A stretch of 64,000 bases of DNA, from contig OZ038378.1 of the NCBI GenBank assembly GCA_964036045.1, positions 195,362,001 through 195,426,000 on the forward strand, written 5' to 3'. The notes beneath the pieces were generated by a model. That model was not told where the DNA came from and made no database searches. It worked only from the letters and a program-made list of their open reading frames with translations. The position numbers were made by a program, and so were the translations under genes. Positions 13,001 to 28,100 of the stretch are shown here, piece by piece. The number at the start of each line of letters is the position of its first letter. Position 1 is the first letter of the stretch. Source of the stretch: Eutreptiella sp. 'Long Island Sound 2002' (taxonomy: Eukaryota > Protista > Euglenida).

Positions 13001-16000
13001 CATCCCTGGAAACTCGTGGTGCCAAAAAGTTGGGCTTTTGGCTGGTTCATGGGCATGGACAATTTGTGATGTGCACAAGACGTCCATGCTGATCCAACGG
13101 TATGTCCAGGAACTACGGGCGCAGGACGGTTGCTGCTGCTGTTGCGGCTGTTGCGCAAGGGGCGGCTCCACTGCACACCAGGGGCTGCCCCACCGCACCC
13201 TTAATATGACTGCATAGGCTATTGCTTGCAGTCCTCCATTGTTGGCTGTCACTCGCCAACGAAAAACCAAAAACACACAGGACACGATGGGAAAACCAGG
13301 CAAAATCGCATGCAAAACAAGGCAAAACCAAAAACGGGAACGTAGAAAAAAAACAGAAAATGCATCAAAACGTTGTTATTATGATTTGACCAAAACGTTG
13401 GGCAAAATGGGGGGGGGGGGCGTAGGGATGCGGTGGCCCAAGGAGGAGAGCAGGGAAGAAGAAGGCAACAAGAGAAGGGTGGAGAGGGGCACGTTTCCTG
13501 GATAGGCACAGGGTGTACGGCCGCATGCACCTGAAAAGGGGCAGGTTTGCGCTTGAGGGTGCGGGGCAGGGGTAGCCCCGCAAAGAGACATTCCGCCCCA
13601 TCTGCGTACATCCGCCACCAACGTCCCACCAACCGTTTTGCAACTGCCAGACCTCGACCCTCTTCGCTTTGGCAACCACCAGCGGCCGCTTTGGCACCTG
13701 CTTTTGAAAACCCCCCCTCCAGCCTCCTGACCCCTCAGGTGCATAAATCACAAGGTGATGGCGCAGCATACCCACAAGCAAATCCACAAGTTTGTTGTCC
13801 CCAGGACCGTCATGCAGCGTGAGTGCGTTGATGTCATCCCAGGACCGCGTGTCAGTTAGAAGCTTCGCCAGACCCCAGAAAGTCCCACCCCCAACTGACG
13901 TCCCAGAAATACGCTGGAACTTGTTCTGCCCCGTCACCTGCAGCGATAGGGGCACCATGAGCATGGAATGCGCAAAAGCCTCCACACACTTGTGGATTTC
14001 CGCGTCTGGATGGGCAACAATAGGTGATACCACTGGGGGGAGTCCTTGAACCGGGAAAAAAAAAGCATTTGGCCACAGTGATGCAGCACTCAGCAGCAGT
14101 CAGTCAACGAACAGCGCCTGGCCCAACAGCAACAACAGGCGGCTGGTCACTGACAGCAGTTGCTGGCTATGCCACAGCGCTTTGCAACTGACCGTCCACC
14201 GTTGATGGCTAAACGATGACATTCTCGCCAGGCATGTGAAAAATACAGGAAAAAAAACCTAGGCATGCTTAAAATAAGGTATTTGGCCATTGTGAGTGGT
14301 CACAATATCGGAAAAAAAATGGTCAGTTTCAGAAATTTCCATTTTAAACCCCTTAAACCCCTCCCCCCTTCTGATACCAAATGGGATGAAAAACACATAA
14401 GAGGGCCTAAAAAATCCATTACACGAGACATATGGTCTATGTGAGTGGTCACAATATCAACAAAATTGGGCTTTGGAAATTTGCAGTTTTGAGGGTGCAA
14501 AACTGCGGTTTGTACACTGGTGCCTTGGGAACCCCCACCCCCAGCACCCAATCCCCCAATACAGCGGGGGTAGGTTTCGTGTCTAGTCAGTTTCGCAGCA
14601 GTAAATTTCGCAGTGGAAAATTTTGCGGACAGTCCCAGAAATGTTGTGGTGTCTAGGGCATTGCGGGCTCGGTGGAGCTTAGCCAGAGGTGTCATTCACA
14701 ATGCAGGAAAGACCCACCACCAATACTCCGCCAGTGATGAGGGTCAAGTTGGCCTCAGGCCTCAGGCCTGACATGTGTTCAAACTCCCAAACTCCAAGGG
14801 GACTCCAAAAGCACCTGCCTACCACTGCGTCACCGCCAGAAAAGGTGCGGCCAGCATGTGGGAAATTTCTCAGAAGCCCTTGGATTCTCCGTGGTAAATT
14901 TGGCGGCCAATTTGAAACGCCAAATTCTATGGCCTTCGGCAAGGCACCTCGAAGAGAGACTGCAGTCAGTTAGTTAAGCTGATAGTCAGTCAATCAGTCA
15001 GTCGGTCAGGCAAGCAGTCAGTCAGGCAGTCAATCGGGCAAGCAGGCAGGCAGACAGGCGGGTAGAAACACACAGTTTGGCTTTTTGGTGGGGGACCCAA
15101 AAATTTGTGCACCAAAATGGCCCAACCAGATTTTCCCAATTGTAAGTGTCGTTTTTCCCCACGATGGTCCCTTTGGTTTGGGGGGGGGGGTACCCCCCCT
15201 GCCCAAATGGTGCACGGCCATTCTAATACTTCCCTGCTCGGGACTCCTCAGATGGGGATAGCATAGTAGATGGGGGGCGGCGGGGCAGGCCCACCTTGAG
15301 GATACTGACCCCAGATCCGATATTGACCACGATGTAGGGGTACACTTTATCCAGCTTCACGGCGTGCCGCTCCTTCGTCTGCAGGTCCACTGTAAACACC
15401 TGCCAGGAACCAGCGATTGCGCGGAGGTGCAGACAAGAAGTCCATGGGGACAGACGGGGATTGGCGGAGCTAGAGGCCGTGCGATGCAATGGGAGACACA
15501 GGGAGCGCTAGGAGAGGAGGGTGTCCGGTCAGGGGCTGCCTCGGGCTCGAGGAAATACCTGGGGGCGCTTCAGAGCAAACAGAGGGGGGAGGGGGATTGT
15601 AAGGGGGTCTGGATAATGAGGGAAACAATCGCACTGCGTACCCCGCGTATCGCACCGCGTGCTAGGTCTTCATTGCTATTTTACGCACTTTTGGCAGATT
15701 TCCAGGGTGGCAGGGACGCGGTGGCCTAAGGGGTTAGCATACCTCAAACGAAGCCTCCACTCTACCTCCTCACCAATGTCATGGTGGTGGTCGCCGCCCA
15801 AACCCCGTGCTGCGGGGAGCCTTTGAGCATAGAGTACCAAAATAAGGATGCAAAGGTAGGCTTGTGGGACAGTGGTGTTTTCCTGCCCGCAGTGACTAAA
15901 TGAATAAATAATGCATTCATAACACAGAACCAGATACCGTGCCCACTGCGCATCGAGGGGGGAGTTGACCCTCCTCCTTGTGAACGCTTTAGGCAGCGCC

Positions 16001-19000
16001 AGGCCACTACAACACAGTGACACGGCTGTTCGTATGTCTGATGGAATGAGGAAACCTCAGAAACAGTCACAAATGGGATGAGTGGAAATAAAGAAGAAGA
16101 CACAAACTGGCCCCGAAAAAAGCTCCAAAAAACGTACTCCTATCCATAGTGAACAAACGTGGCAATAACTCTCAAAATAACATGGGGGTGCGACTGATTT
16201 GGCTGGGGGGAGGGGTTCAGGGCGTGTGCCAGGGTTGTGGTGGTACTGCTGGATCCTGCGCCATTCTGTGCGAGAGAGTAGAGGTGGGGGGCTGCGCATG
16301 GGTGCCAGGCACTTAAGACTCTGGGTTTTTGGTAATGGAATTATTTTGGCGCCAATTGTGGGGGGGGGGGGAGGGAGCAATGAAAGTCCACTTTATTGCG
16401 GACTCTTCCTAAATAGCAATTTGAATACGCTTGTGGTTGTTGGCTTTGTGTGCAGCCATATCATCACACAGATCAAGCAGCACGCCCTGCAATGATGTCC
16501 TATAGATACCATGTTGATATATCTTTAGGTTGCACATACCCCCCCACCCCCAAGGGCCATGATGCTTACTTCCGACAGGGGGGGGGTCCAGCGACTGGAG
16601 GGGGGGGGGGGTTGGGGGGGCATGATTCGTCTTTCCGGGTTGGGCGGCCGATGACACGCGCACAGGGGGGCGACGACTCGAAATATCATCAACTTTTAAC
16701 AAAAACTTTTGTGTGGGTACTTTCCAGCCTGTGCACCTGCTTGAAGCATCATATGGACGCATGCTTTGCACCTATTGCGTCTTTGTGATGGTTGTGGAGC
16801 TCACCTTGGCCACTGCTGTTTTGTGAGTTTCAAATTTTCGGTGATTCAACTGCGTGTGCTTCTCCAACTGCCTCCAGGGGGGGGGGGGGTGGCACAAGGA
16901 CTTGGTGGTTGGCTCCAGGGGGGGGGGAGGTGATTCTCCTTTCTGGATCGGCGGGGGGGGGGGATTGCCGGGGGGTCCATTGCAAGGGGGGGGGGGAGGG
17001 TTGTTTGGGGCCCTGGCCAGCCCCGGCCAACCCACCCACCCTCCCACATCAGAAAAATTTTCCTCGGGCAAAAAATGAAATGTATCAAAGGGCCGGAAAT
17101 TTGAGGCCGATTTAAGGTACAAAAACTTTTTTTTTGGCCTTTGACCCCCCCCCCCCCACACCCCCTCACCCCTGGGGGAGGGGGGGGGGTTGTCCATAAG
17201 CAATAGCCTGGTCCATTGCCGGGGGGGGGGACGGGGGGCGCAGAGACCGTGACTCTCATGGACGTGGGCGTGCCTTGGCCAAACTTCGACAATGCTCGTC
17301 ACCCTGCGGAATCCATCCCGTGAACACTCACGGCTTTGATCGGGCGTGGCTTTGGCAACAAATCAGCGATGGTCCCTACCCTCCAGAACCACCCTGACAA
17401 CTCACTCAGTGCATTGTTAAGCAATGTCAACAAAGCGGCGAATGTGTGTGGGCGGGTAACGGCGCCCGTTGCCCCCCGCCGCGGGATTCTGATGCCAAAG
17501 AGATGGGTTGTGTGATGGGTGAACTGCCCACGAACCCGAGGTAAGTACACTGTAGAGTGCCTGCCAAGCCAGAGGCATGGACAGAATTCTCTCGACACAT
17601 GGAAAGTAATACTACGGCGCAGGCCCGTTTCAGGCTATTGCTTAAGGAGCCCTAGTGGGGGATTGTTTGGGGTGGCCCTGGCCGACCCACCCAGCCCCCC
17701 CACATCAGAAAATTTTCCTCCGGCAAAAAATGAAATTCATCAAAGAGGACGGAAATTTGAGGCCGATTTTGGGGACACAAACTTTTTTTTGGCCTCTGAC
17801 CCCCCCCCACCCGGGGTTTTTCTGCATAAGCATTCGCCTGGCCCCGTTTGAATGGCACTCTCGGCAACCAGGTGGTTGCACTTCATCTGGACAGCCAATC
17901 CCTTTCCGGTCAGCGCCAGCAGAATTCAGGAGCTTTGGTCATTTCATGTTTTTGTTCAGAAGACCACAAAATTGTGCTCCCTCTGGCCTAAGCACTGCAC
18001 ATAGCCTTGGAAGTAAAGGGCAGGTACGTGGGTGTGTCTTCCACCGTCACATCTGGCGGGACTGAGCTGGGATCCACCCCTGCCACCCCGGCCGGCGCAC
18101 CTCATCTGGCTTTGTGTGCAGCAGGAAATTGAGCCCACGGATCAGGCACTCCATCTCAGGGTGAGGTTGCAAAGTGATGCCTGTGGAAGCACAGGCTGGA
18201 ATTCTGCATCCGAGCAAAGAGCCATGAGCAACTTTCCTTTACTCTGAAGCACCCCAGTTTCAACAGGCAGATTGTTCACCTCCTGTGGCAGCAACCCCCT
18301 TTCTGGGAGCCCCAGGACAAGGTCCCTCCCTCCCAAAATCAAATGAAAGATCAAATGGGCGCTGCATAAATGCATCTTATTGGAAGGGTGCCGTGTCCCT
18401 GACCGAGAGACTTTGCGATGCTCTGCATGGCCAACCGTTTGCCTTCGCAGTACTGTTCGCCTTCCCTTGAATTCTCTCCCTCTGCATGCATCCGGCATGG
18501 CTGGCATTGATTGTCGAATACTGGGGTCGGAAAATTTCGTCTGGGACAATTTGGCGGGGAACATTTTGGGAGGGAAAAATTTCGACACACCTCCAATTCT
18601 GGTGCAGGGCCATCATACACCGGAAACTTCGACACCCCCAACCCTTGGTTCCTTGTGGACAATCAGTTGTATGAAACTTTGGCAGGCACAAATTTTGAAC
18701 AACACCAAATCATCCGACCACTCAAACCAAGCTCACAAACATTTTCGATGAGGACCAACTTGTCACTCCCAAGCAAGGAAGATAAAATGGACGTGACAAA
18801 CGGGCTGACTGCCGACAACAGCGCAACAATACCTGGCTACCGCCGCCACTGAGGATGCACAAACAGCAGGAAGTGCCCCAAATTGTGGAAAAAAAAAACT
18901 CGTAGGGAAAATTTCCACACCAACCTGAAAAACGAAGTTTCCCAGTGAACTTGTCCCGTGACGAAGTTTTCCCACCCCTGTAACCATGTGAGCTTGCCAC

Positions 19001-19147
19001 TGCAGCTTCGTGCTAACAGCCATGCCATGAGGAGGTAGGGTTTCACAACCCCCAGCCCAGTACCCTTGTATTGCCAGCCAAACATCTACCTTGGTAAACT
19101 CTTCTCCCCACAAATCTGGTGCAAGCAACCACCAACAACATGAACAA

Positions 19148-19186
<39 letters not shown>

Positions 19187-19196
19187 CTACAACAAT

Positions 19197-19227
<31 letters not shown>

Positions 19228-19403
19228 GCAGCAGCAACAACAAGAACAAAGACAACAACAACAACAGCAGCAGCAGCAGCAGCAGCAACAACAACAACAA
19301 CCACAACAACAACAACAACAACCACAACAGCAGCAGCAGCAGCCGCCGCAGCAGCAACAACAATAACAGTAGCAGCAGCGACAACAACAACAAGAACAAA
19401 CAA

Positions 19404-19434
<31 letters not shown>

Positions 19435-22096
19435 CACACCACCGAGTCACTTGGACCATCACGTCCCACTTCAGGCTTTATTCGACTCTACCCATGTTTG
19501 CCATGTGGCCTTCTTTACCCCAGTGTTGCCTCAGAAATGCCCCAAGAATAATATTATCCAAAAGATGATCAGTTTCGACCACTTTTGATGCTCAAACAAA
19601 CGCTTTAACTCGTTTTCAGCCCATTTTTGGCCTGACTTTGAGCCCTTCAGAGTCCAGAAATACCTTGGAAAGTGGCCATCTGGGGACCAACAACAGGTCA
19701 ACAAAACGGATCAAACATATCGTCTTCCCAAAGCGATCTCAGACCACTTGGCATACCCACTGCAGTATTTTTCGTCACTTCAATTGCATTGTGGCCCAAT
19801 TGAAGCCCACACAAAACGCGGTGAAAACAGGCCATTTTGTGACCAAAAAAGAGCCGCAAGCCCGTCGTATCGTTGCCGTGTGAAACTCCCACAGCACAAT
19901 TTCACACAGCACAATGGGAAAGCACTCTCAGCAACAGCACGGCTCGCCATTGGCACAACGTGGTCATGCAGAAGCAAACGTTTTGTAAGTCCCCGTACAC
20001 CTCTTTTCGCTTGTTTGTGTCTGTGATTAAGCTGTGGAACATCCCATCCCCTGTGCCCATCTGAATGATCCATTGGGGTGGCTCCTGTGACGTATAGCCT
20101 CAAAATGGCATCTCTGAGGGCCAAGGGTGCGTATGCATGTTGGGGCACTGTAGACAGACCCAGCATGGATTTGATGGTGGCGGCATATTTGAAAGCGCCC
20201 CCACCCGTCGCATTCATCTCCCGCATGTGCTCATGGTTGAACTTCCGGTGCAGATTGTGCTTGTTCACAAAATCTGCAAATTTGATCTGAGGAACGGGAG
20301 TCATGCATGGAGCAAACGATTGAAGGCTGGAGATACAGCCTCCAGCTCCCTCGTACTTGAAGAAAATTGGCGGAATAAAGGGATGGGTGAGACCGAATTG
20401 AGGCGAGCCAAGCGAAAGTGTAGGTGGAATCTTTGGTAGAATCATTTTGTGTTACAGAGCCACCTCCCAAGAGCTACTGGATTGCAACCACTCTGAGGCC
20501 CACCACTGCAAAAAAGAGCTGGCTTGTGAAAAACGCAGCGCCGAACCGCACCGTCAGAGCAAGAACCCAATCAATATCTGCTTTGCAGCTGGTGTCAAAG
20601 CAAAAAAAAAACGGTTGGAGAAAACTCCTTAGGAGCTGCAGAGCAGGCGCAGACGTCATTTGGTCTGTTGATAGAGATGGCAATGTGCAGCCCTGGACTA
20701 TGGGTTTGGTGTGATACAGTTTGCACCCTCACCTACTTCCCACGGCCGATCTGCACTGATCAATGGACCAGGAAATCATCCACCGACGAGTTCGTGTTCA
20801 GGACTGACCAATGCCACCAGTGTAAGGTGCAACCACCGAACCACAAACACACAAAACGGTGTGGCCCTGGCACGCAGCAGACACGCACGCGCGCGTGTGC
20901 ACACACACACACACACACAATGAGAACCGCAAAAACAAGAACAGAGCAAGAAAAGCGGTGAAAGAAAACTCCTCAGGAGCTGCAGGGCAGCCCTAGAAGT
21001 CTTTTGGTCTGGTGACAAATGCAGTAATGTGCAGCGCTGGGTTCGGTTAAAGTTCTTCCCTTGATCCCTGCCCTGCTCCTGAAACTGTGCTGCACTACCA
21101 ACAGACCATAATTCACCTACAGAGGAGGTCGTGTCTTAACGTCCAAACTATGCAACCTGTGCTAGGTGCTTCCACCTAGCCGCACACACACAAGAGGGGC
21201 GTGGCTGGGAGAATGCTCACGGGCCTGTCCCACGAACACGCAGCAAGTGTATGTCTGTGCTCCAAGTCGGCTCGTACCCCTCGGGCCGTCGTTCTGTGTG
21301 TATCACAATGTCTGTGTAGTGTTTGTTGTTCCATTTGGCATGTCGCCCAAACCAGTGCATCATTTTTGTGACCACATCGGACTGTGCACATGGCTGGTGG
21401 TGTGCTATTGTATAGTGTATTGTATAGTGTTTTCCGCGTTCCATGGAACGCGGAGTACACACAGCGCACTGATTTGTGCATCGCGCGCATCACCGTCATC
21501 CGTGCGTAGTCGCCTACCAGTGCAACTTGTGCCCATGCCAGAGCTACAGAATCTGGGATGCCCAGCTGTGCAGCCATGGCAATGCAGCCGTCGGGCTGCT
21601 GGTAAAGATGCAGGCAAGGTATTCTGGGGCTGCACAGCTGGGCGATATTAGTGGTTTCCCATATCTCAGTGACCAGTCCTCCTTCAACGCAGAGGGGTGG
21701 GTGGTGCTCAGTCCTACTCCCTCCCCGACTGTCATGCTGATTCCCAAGGCTTGTGCTGTTTGTGACACACACATACACACACACATACACACATGTTGAG
21801 AACCGCAAAACAAGACCAAAGCAAGAAACGCGGTTGAAGAAAACTCCGTAGGAGGTGCAGAGCAGCCCTAGACGTTGTTCGGTCTGTCAAAGAGTGCGCT
21901 AAGTATGGCAATCACAATGGTGGCACAGACCGTCACCAGACCTAAATAAATCCACGGAGGAGGTTGTGATTGTTCACACCAAAAAGCCATCTACTTACAA
22001 TGCAAACTGTGTTGGGTGCTCCCAGCCAACCACACACACACAAGAAACATTCAGGGGTCAGAACCATGGACCAGCCGGCCAAGGAGGGCTGCATCG

Positions 22097-22168
<72 letters not shown>

Positions 22169-25112
22169 CACATCATCCAAGGTCAACGATGCAAGGTACC
22201 CACCCGCACAGCCGCGGCATGACGCTCTGAACGAACCCTAATATGATCCGCGTAAATGGAGGCCCTGAAGTATTTGATGGTGAGGCTACAATGCTTTTGC
22301 GCCATAATGTATGCTCTGGTTCCAAACCTCGGCACACCCTCGACCAAACAGCAAAGCGTACCACTTTGCGCGTCGGCATCTTCAAGAAGGTCAGTGTGCC
22401 AGCTCTATCAGCCTCGGAATCGTCAGTATCAAGGCCCTGTTGCAAAGGGAGAGGTGAGCCCCTCTGAAAGGGCTGGGCTGTGCATTTGAGGGTGGGTTCT
22501 ACTCGTATCATCGCCAGTCTGCTGGGGAGGCCCTGGCCTGCATGAGTCCTGAGGCCGTCTTGTTTGGAAATGGCGGTGCTTTGGTCAATGGGTACACATG
22601 GGGGCGTGTACAGCAGAAAAAGCTATTGCCACCGGTGTGGTTGTTCAGGGGAGGGTCACAGGTGACACGTCGTGCACTGACATTCTTGGCTTGTGGGAGC
22701 AAAACCTTTGCTTGGTAACAACTGAGTCACAATAGCTGTCTCTTACAACCCCCCCCCCCCTTGTTCTTTGTGCTTGTGTGTGCACGCGCTGCACTATTGA
22801 TGTGGGCAGGCGTCTTTTATAGTCCGGGACACTCTTGGGAGACCCATGCATATTTAGCTCCGATGACAGAAAACCGCCCCCCGGGGCGTTGCTTGAGCGG
22901 AGGGGGGAGGGGGGGAGGGGGTCCAGGGGAGGGGGGGAGGTGGTCCAGGGGGGGGAGCCCCCCCCCCCCCCCCCCCTGCCGGAATGAACCATATCGGCCA
23001 AGAATTGCAAAAATGCACCACATTGACCCATTCAGTATATACATTTGTCATAATGTCTGAACACAGGTAATCAAATCATCTTTTTGGGTCCATACATTGT
23101 GCCCTCACCTAAACACCACCAGGCAACACAAACAGGAAACATAGTGGAATGCTCATTGTTATCAAATTGTTTGCTGAAGATCAATCAGAGTTGGACTTGC
23201 ATGAGCAAAACTCATGCGGCAGGCAGCGCACCTCGCGGTCTTGGCGTGCCATTACGGCTGCTTGTGTTATAAACTCATGCAGAGTTGCCATTGGAGTGTT
23301 CAGAAACAGTGTGGAACATGCTTTCCGTGCCACATTATGCGCCTCTTGCCTTTCCTTCCCAGTCCATCTATCTTGGAAACGAAAATAGAGGATCGCGTTT
23401 ACAACGTCGTCGCGTTTTACGCGGGGACATGGTTGGACCGGGGTGCCGAAGAACGCACTTATGGGACGCTGGGACATGGTGTTTGCAAAAGAGGGAAGAA
23501 AGGATACAGTGGAGTGACCAAAGAACCCTGCTATAAGTGTGCCGAAGGCGCGGAGGAAAAAATTGGCCCATACGAAAAAACATTCCCAAAACCCTGATTC
23601 TCAGGTGAATGAGAGTGGAGGGGGGAGGGGGGAGGGGTTCCAGGGGAGGGAGGGAGGTGGTCCAAGGGGGAGGACCCCCCCCCCCTGCCGGAATGAAAAT
23701 TAAAGCAACGCCCTGACCGCCCCCCCTCTCCTGGGTCAGAACCTCGGGATGAGGTTTGGAGCTACATCTCTCCGTTTCCGCTCTCCCGTGCCTGGATATG
23801 TTTTGTGGGTAGGTCTTCGCTCTCTTGATCTGTCAGTCCAAGTCGGACTGGTGCCAGCAGAAACCTTGGTAGTTTGTTGGGGAGCAGGAGTGACTGGTTG
23901 CACGGATGCCCATATTCATGTCAGCTTGCTGAGTGGCTGGGGTGTGCACATGGTGCCCCTTGGGCAGCAGTGTCTACTTCCCGCTGTTTGTGCAGCACGG
24001 GCAACTCAGTAGCTCGTGTTCCTGGCAGAATGAATTGTTGTCTTTGCAGCAGAAAATCATCCACACGGTGGCCCACAGAGCAGTGGCTTCCAGTGGCTTC
24101 GATCCGTTACATGTGACTGAGCACACATGTGTACATGTGGGCCTACATGCCTACATGCCTGTGTGCATGTGTGCACGAGCATGTGTGTGTGTGTGTCTGT
24201 GTGCGCGTGCTCGCCCGCGTGTGCGTGAATGTGCCGAAGGCGCTATTACCATCAGGCAATGGCCGGGATGTCATACCAGTGGAAACTGGTAGACGGGTGG
24301 GCCCCCGACGAACAGATTTGTCCATGCATGTGTTTATAATCACTGTCACTGTTATCTGAGGAGCAACTAACATTGCTACTGCCACTGCTGCTGGAAATAG
24401 GTCTGCAGCACGACAGCAGCAAACAAAAACATTGAAACATTATAGTTCGCAAAAAATTCCCACTGTCACTGTCACCGTCAGTGCCAGCTCCATCTGTCAC
24501 TATCAATTACAAACACGTGCTGCAGTGCGGCACTTGGCCGTCATCCCCATCTGTCACCCACCATGTGTCGCTGAGTGACAGATAGCCAGACTCCCTCCCA
24601 GCCCCCCACCCCCAGCAAGAATTTTGACCTGTTCTTATGGCTATCCCTGATATGTATGGCTTGCTGAAGCACAGGTGCCTTGGCATTAACTCTTGTCGTC
24701 CTCCCACACCCTCCTTCTGTTGGCTTCTGCACTTAATAGTGGTGTGTGTGGGATATTTGTATGCCAATTGCCCATTGCCCCGCCGCAGGGGATGATTTCA
24801 TGTCATTCAGTGCATGCCTTTGGCAGTCTGGAATGCCATTGTCCAACATTGATGCTGATATCATCTGGCTTGGATATTGGGTTTCGCCTTCAGGTCCCTG
24901 TCCCCAATCTGGCTCTGGATTCCGCAATTCGAATGGCCCTTGCTGCTTCCTCTTGCTCCTGCACACTGCAACCCATGCTGTTCCATCTCTGTCACTGTCC
25001 AACGCTTGTATGCACATGTATGTGTGTGTGCCAATTGCCCCACCACGGGGGTGTTTTCATCGCCTTTAGTTCTCGCCAGTGGCAGTTCTTTGAAGTCCAT
25101 TGATGTTCTAGA

Positions 25113-25161
<49 letters not shown>

Positions 25162-28100
25162 TGTCTGTCAGAACAACATGGGCCATCCTGACACACCTTC
25201 ATTGTTGGGGAAAAGAAATGCATGTGTTTGGGAATTGGTACGAAATCGGCAGCATCCTTGCGGGCAAACCGCGGCACTTTCAGAGCTGCTGGGATATTCG
25301 GCGGATGGAAATACACCATCTTGGCATTTGACCCTCCTGTACAAAGTCAATGCATGTGCGGGTTTCTAGTTGGTGAAAAATGTAACTCGTGTACAAAAAA
25401 AAAATCGTCGAGTCGCGACGTGACGATTGTTTTTGTCACATGCATTTACCGCAAAAAGAAAATTACACGAATTACAACACACACTTCTCATTGGGGTGTG
25501 AATTGAAATGAAGATGTTGCATGTGAAGATGCACCCCTCCTTACGAGGTTAACGAGATCGATATTGCGCTGCATGCAGGCAATAGAGGAACATTCGCCGA
25601 AAATTCATTGGCACCAAACACACCAAAAATCCAAAAATAGCACTTTGTCATGCAGTGCAAGCGGTAGTGCGTCATGGCTGCAAGAAAGCACCTCAGACTA
25701 CAAGATTGAGATCAGATTGAGATGGATCGAGGTGACAGCCCACAAGGCTGGGCATGCAAAACCAGGCAAACTGTGCACCACGACAACACCTGGCTCACCA
25801 GACACGGTCTTCCATGGACATACCGGCTCGGCAGACAAGCGGCTGGCCGCTGAGCCGCTCGTCCAGTTCATTCTGGCAATCCCCCCTTTGTGCAAATGTA
25901 ACGGTAATCTCAAGTGTCCTTTTACCGCCAAGCGCCCTTTTACCGCCAACTGTCCTTTTACCGCCAAGCGTCCTTTTACCGCCAAGTGTCCTTTTACCGC
26001 CAAGCGCCCTTTTACCCCGAAGCGTCCTTTTACCGCCAAGCGCCCTTTTACCGTCAAGTGTCCTTCTACCACCAAGTGGACTTTTCCAACCAAAACATAA
26101 CCCCATTTCTTTTAGCACGTTTACTTGTTGACCGTGGGAGGAGGGCGTAGGCAGTTTCTGTGGTCAGGACAGCGTAGCATGACATGCATGACCCCACTAT
26201 TGCGGGAAGGGGTTGGTCGCGCCACGGGTTGGGCTTGAAGGGGAGGGTAGCCCCGCGCCCCCTCTCTTCCTCAGCCTTTTGCGTACAAAGAGGGGAACAT
26301 TGCCTCCCGTTTGGGATGACTGTCAAGCACATTGCTGACATGAGACCCTTCAGAGGCATAACCCAGCCAGCCATTGCTCAAGCACCGCACAGGGTGCACC
26401 AAGGCTGAAGGAGTATGCAGGTTGGTACTTCCGGGTGTAAAGGGTTAGCCTTTTGACGAGGGAATCCTCCTCAAAAGGGGCGGGGGAGTCTTCATGACGG
26501 AGCGTTTCCCTGGTGCACACCCAGCGTGTTACTTTGTACCAGGCTTCGTGACTTAAACCCCAGCTTTACCCTTCCCGAGAGTAACCCACCAAGCAGACCA
26601 GAATCAACCCCAACCCTTCTCTACAGAGCACACAACATAAGACCAAATCTGTGATTTCCAGTTGCTCAACACACGTGACATAAATTGTGGCCAGAACACA
26701 ATTTTGTCCCCACAAATGTGCGCCTACGGAAGCAACAATGCTCCAAATCTGACCCTGGCACACCAATGTCAATTGCGACAGGCCCCTTGATCACGTATGC
26801 CGGGGGAATCTTGCCGATGGGATTGATGTTGATTTGAATGAGGAAATATACGAACCCTGCGAACAAACAGGACATGAGGCGGTGTGCTCACGTGACACAA
26901 GTGACAATGGCTTACCACACGCACATGCACAGTGCACAAATTCTGTCGGCAACGGAAGCGATGGCTGTCTGATCTTGGCTGTATGCAAATGTGGTCTTGG
27001 CTGTGCTCCAACAGTTGTGGGGCATACATGCTGGAGGGGTATGTTGTAAAGGGCATGGGGCCTCCCCCCCTCCCCCCCTGCAAGAGCAACACCAAATTTC
27101 TAAAATCACCTCAAAGAGGGTTGTTAGATCAAGTGCAGGTGCAGATGCCTTTTCACCCCCTATTTGGGGGTCATTCGTGTTGGATACCCCAAGGTATGGT
27201 ACCAGATGATTGATCCCGTGTAAAATCATCATTTTGGAAGAGAAAATGATCCCCCACTGGTGCTCAAGTACCCATATTGTCACCAAATGATCACCCAAAC
27301 CCATCCCAGGGGCGACACACAGGTTTTGGAAAAAGTCAAAATTTGAAATTTCTCAAATGCCACTAAACAGCCTAACCAGGTGAAAACGGCTAAGTACTCA
27401 CTGGCAAGTGGGGGCATACTGGGGGGGGGGGGGGGGGCAACTCGGGGTGCCCGGAGTTGGGACCCAGAACCCCTGCCATGGGTTAGGGGGTCCACAGACA
27501 AGAAAAAAGTTGTTCGGGACCTAGGTCTAAATCCACAGACAGTGGCCGCAATGTGCAAAGAAGTTTTGACACCTCCTCACACCACACCCACCGCACCCAA
27601 AAAGCGGTACCCGGGTACCGGGGTGTAGGAGGGTCAAAATCGAAAAATTCACCCACGCAGTGGCAGCTGCGCCCATGTAGCCCGAGCCATGGGCCCCAGA
27701 AGCCCTAAAATTGCTGTAGCTCCCTGACCTCTGTACATAGGCCAGTGGACGTTAATCGACAAATGCCCAAAATTGCTGTTGTGTAGGCTGTTTAGTGACA
27801 CCTGCAAATTTTTCAAAATTCGCCTTTTTTTTCCAGAAACCCTTCCGTCGCCCTTGGGATGGGTTTGGGTGATAATTTGGTGACAATACGGATACTTGAG
27901 CACCCACAGGGACCCATGTAGTGGCCGTTAGGCCCATGTAGCCTGAGCCATGGCCCCCCCAAAAGCCTCAAATTTGTTGTTTGCAGGTGGTTCAGTGGCA
28001 TTTAGAGGGGTGTTTGCGCGTCGCCCAGGGTTTTGCTTAGCCACCCTAGGGGGGGGGGGGGGGGTTAATTCAGGGACCCACCCACCCAGAATTTTGGCAT

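Noticed and set aside
13365-14033. Stand-alone ORFs 13365-14033, 8338-8985, 19780-20445 and 5401-6006
   Set aside because: Each is one PanK exon extended by intronic sequence.
18763-19568. Poly-Cys, poly-Val, poly-Leu and poly-Asn/Gln ORFs
   Set aside because: Translations of an intronic CAA/CAG microsatellite.
25698-26131. Repetitive ORFs (PFTAKR repeats)
   Set aside because: An 18-bp tandem repeat within a PanK intron.
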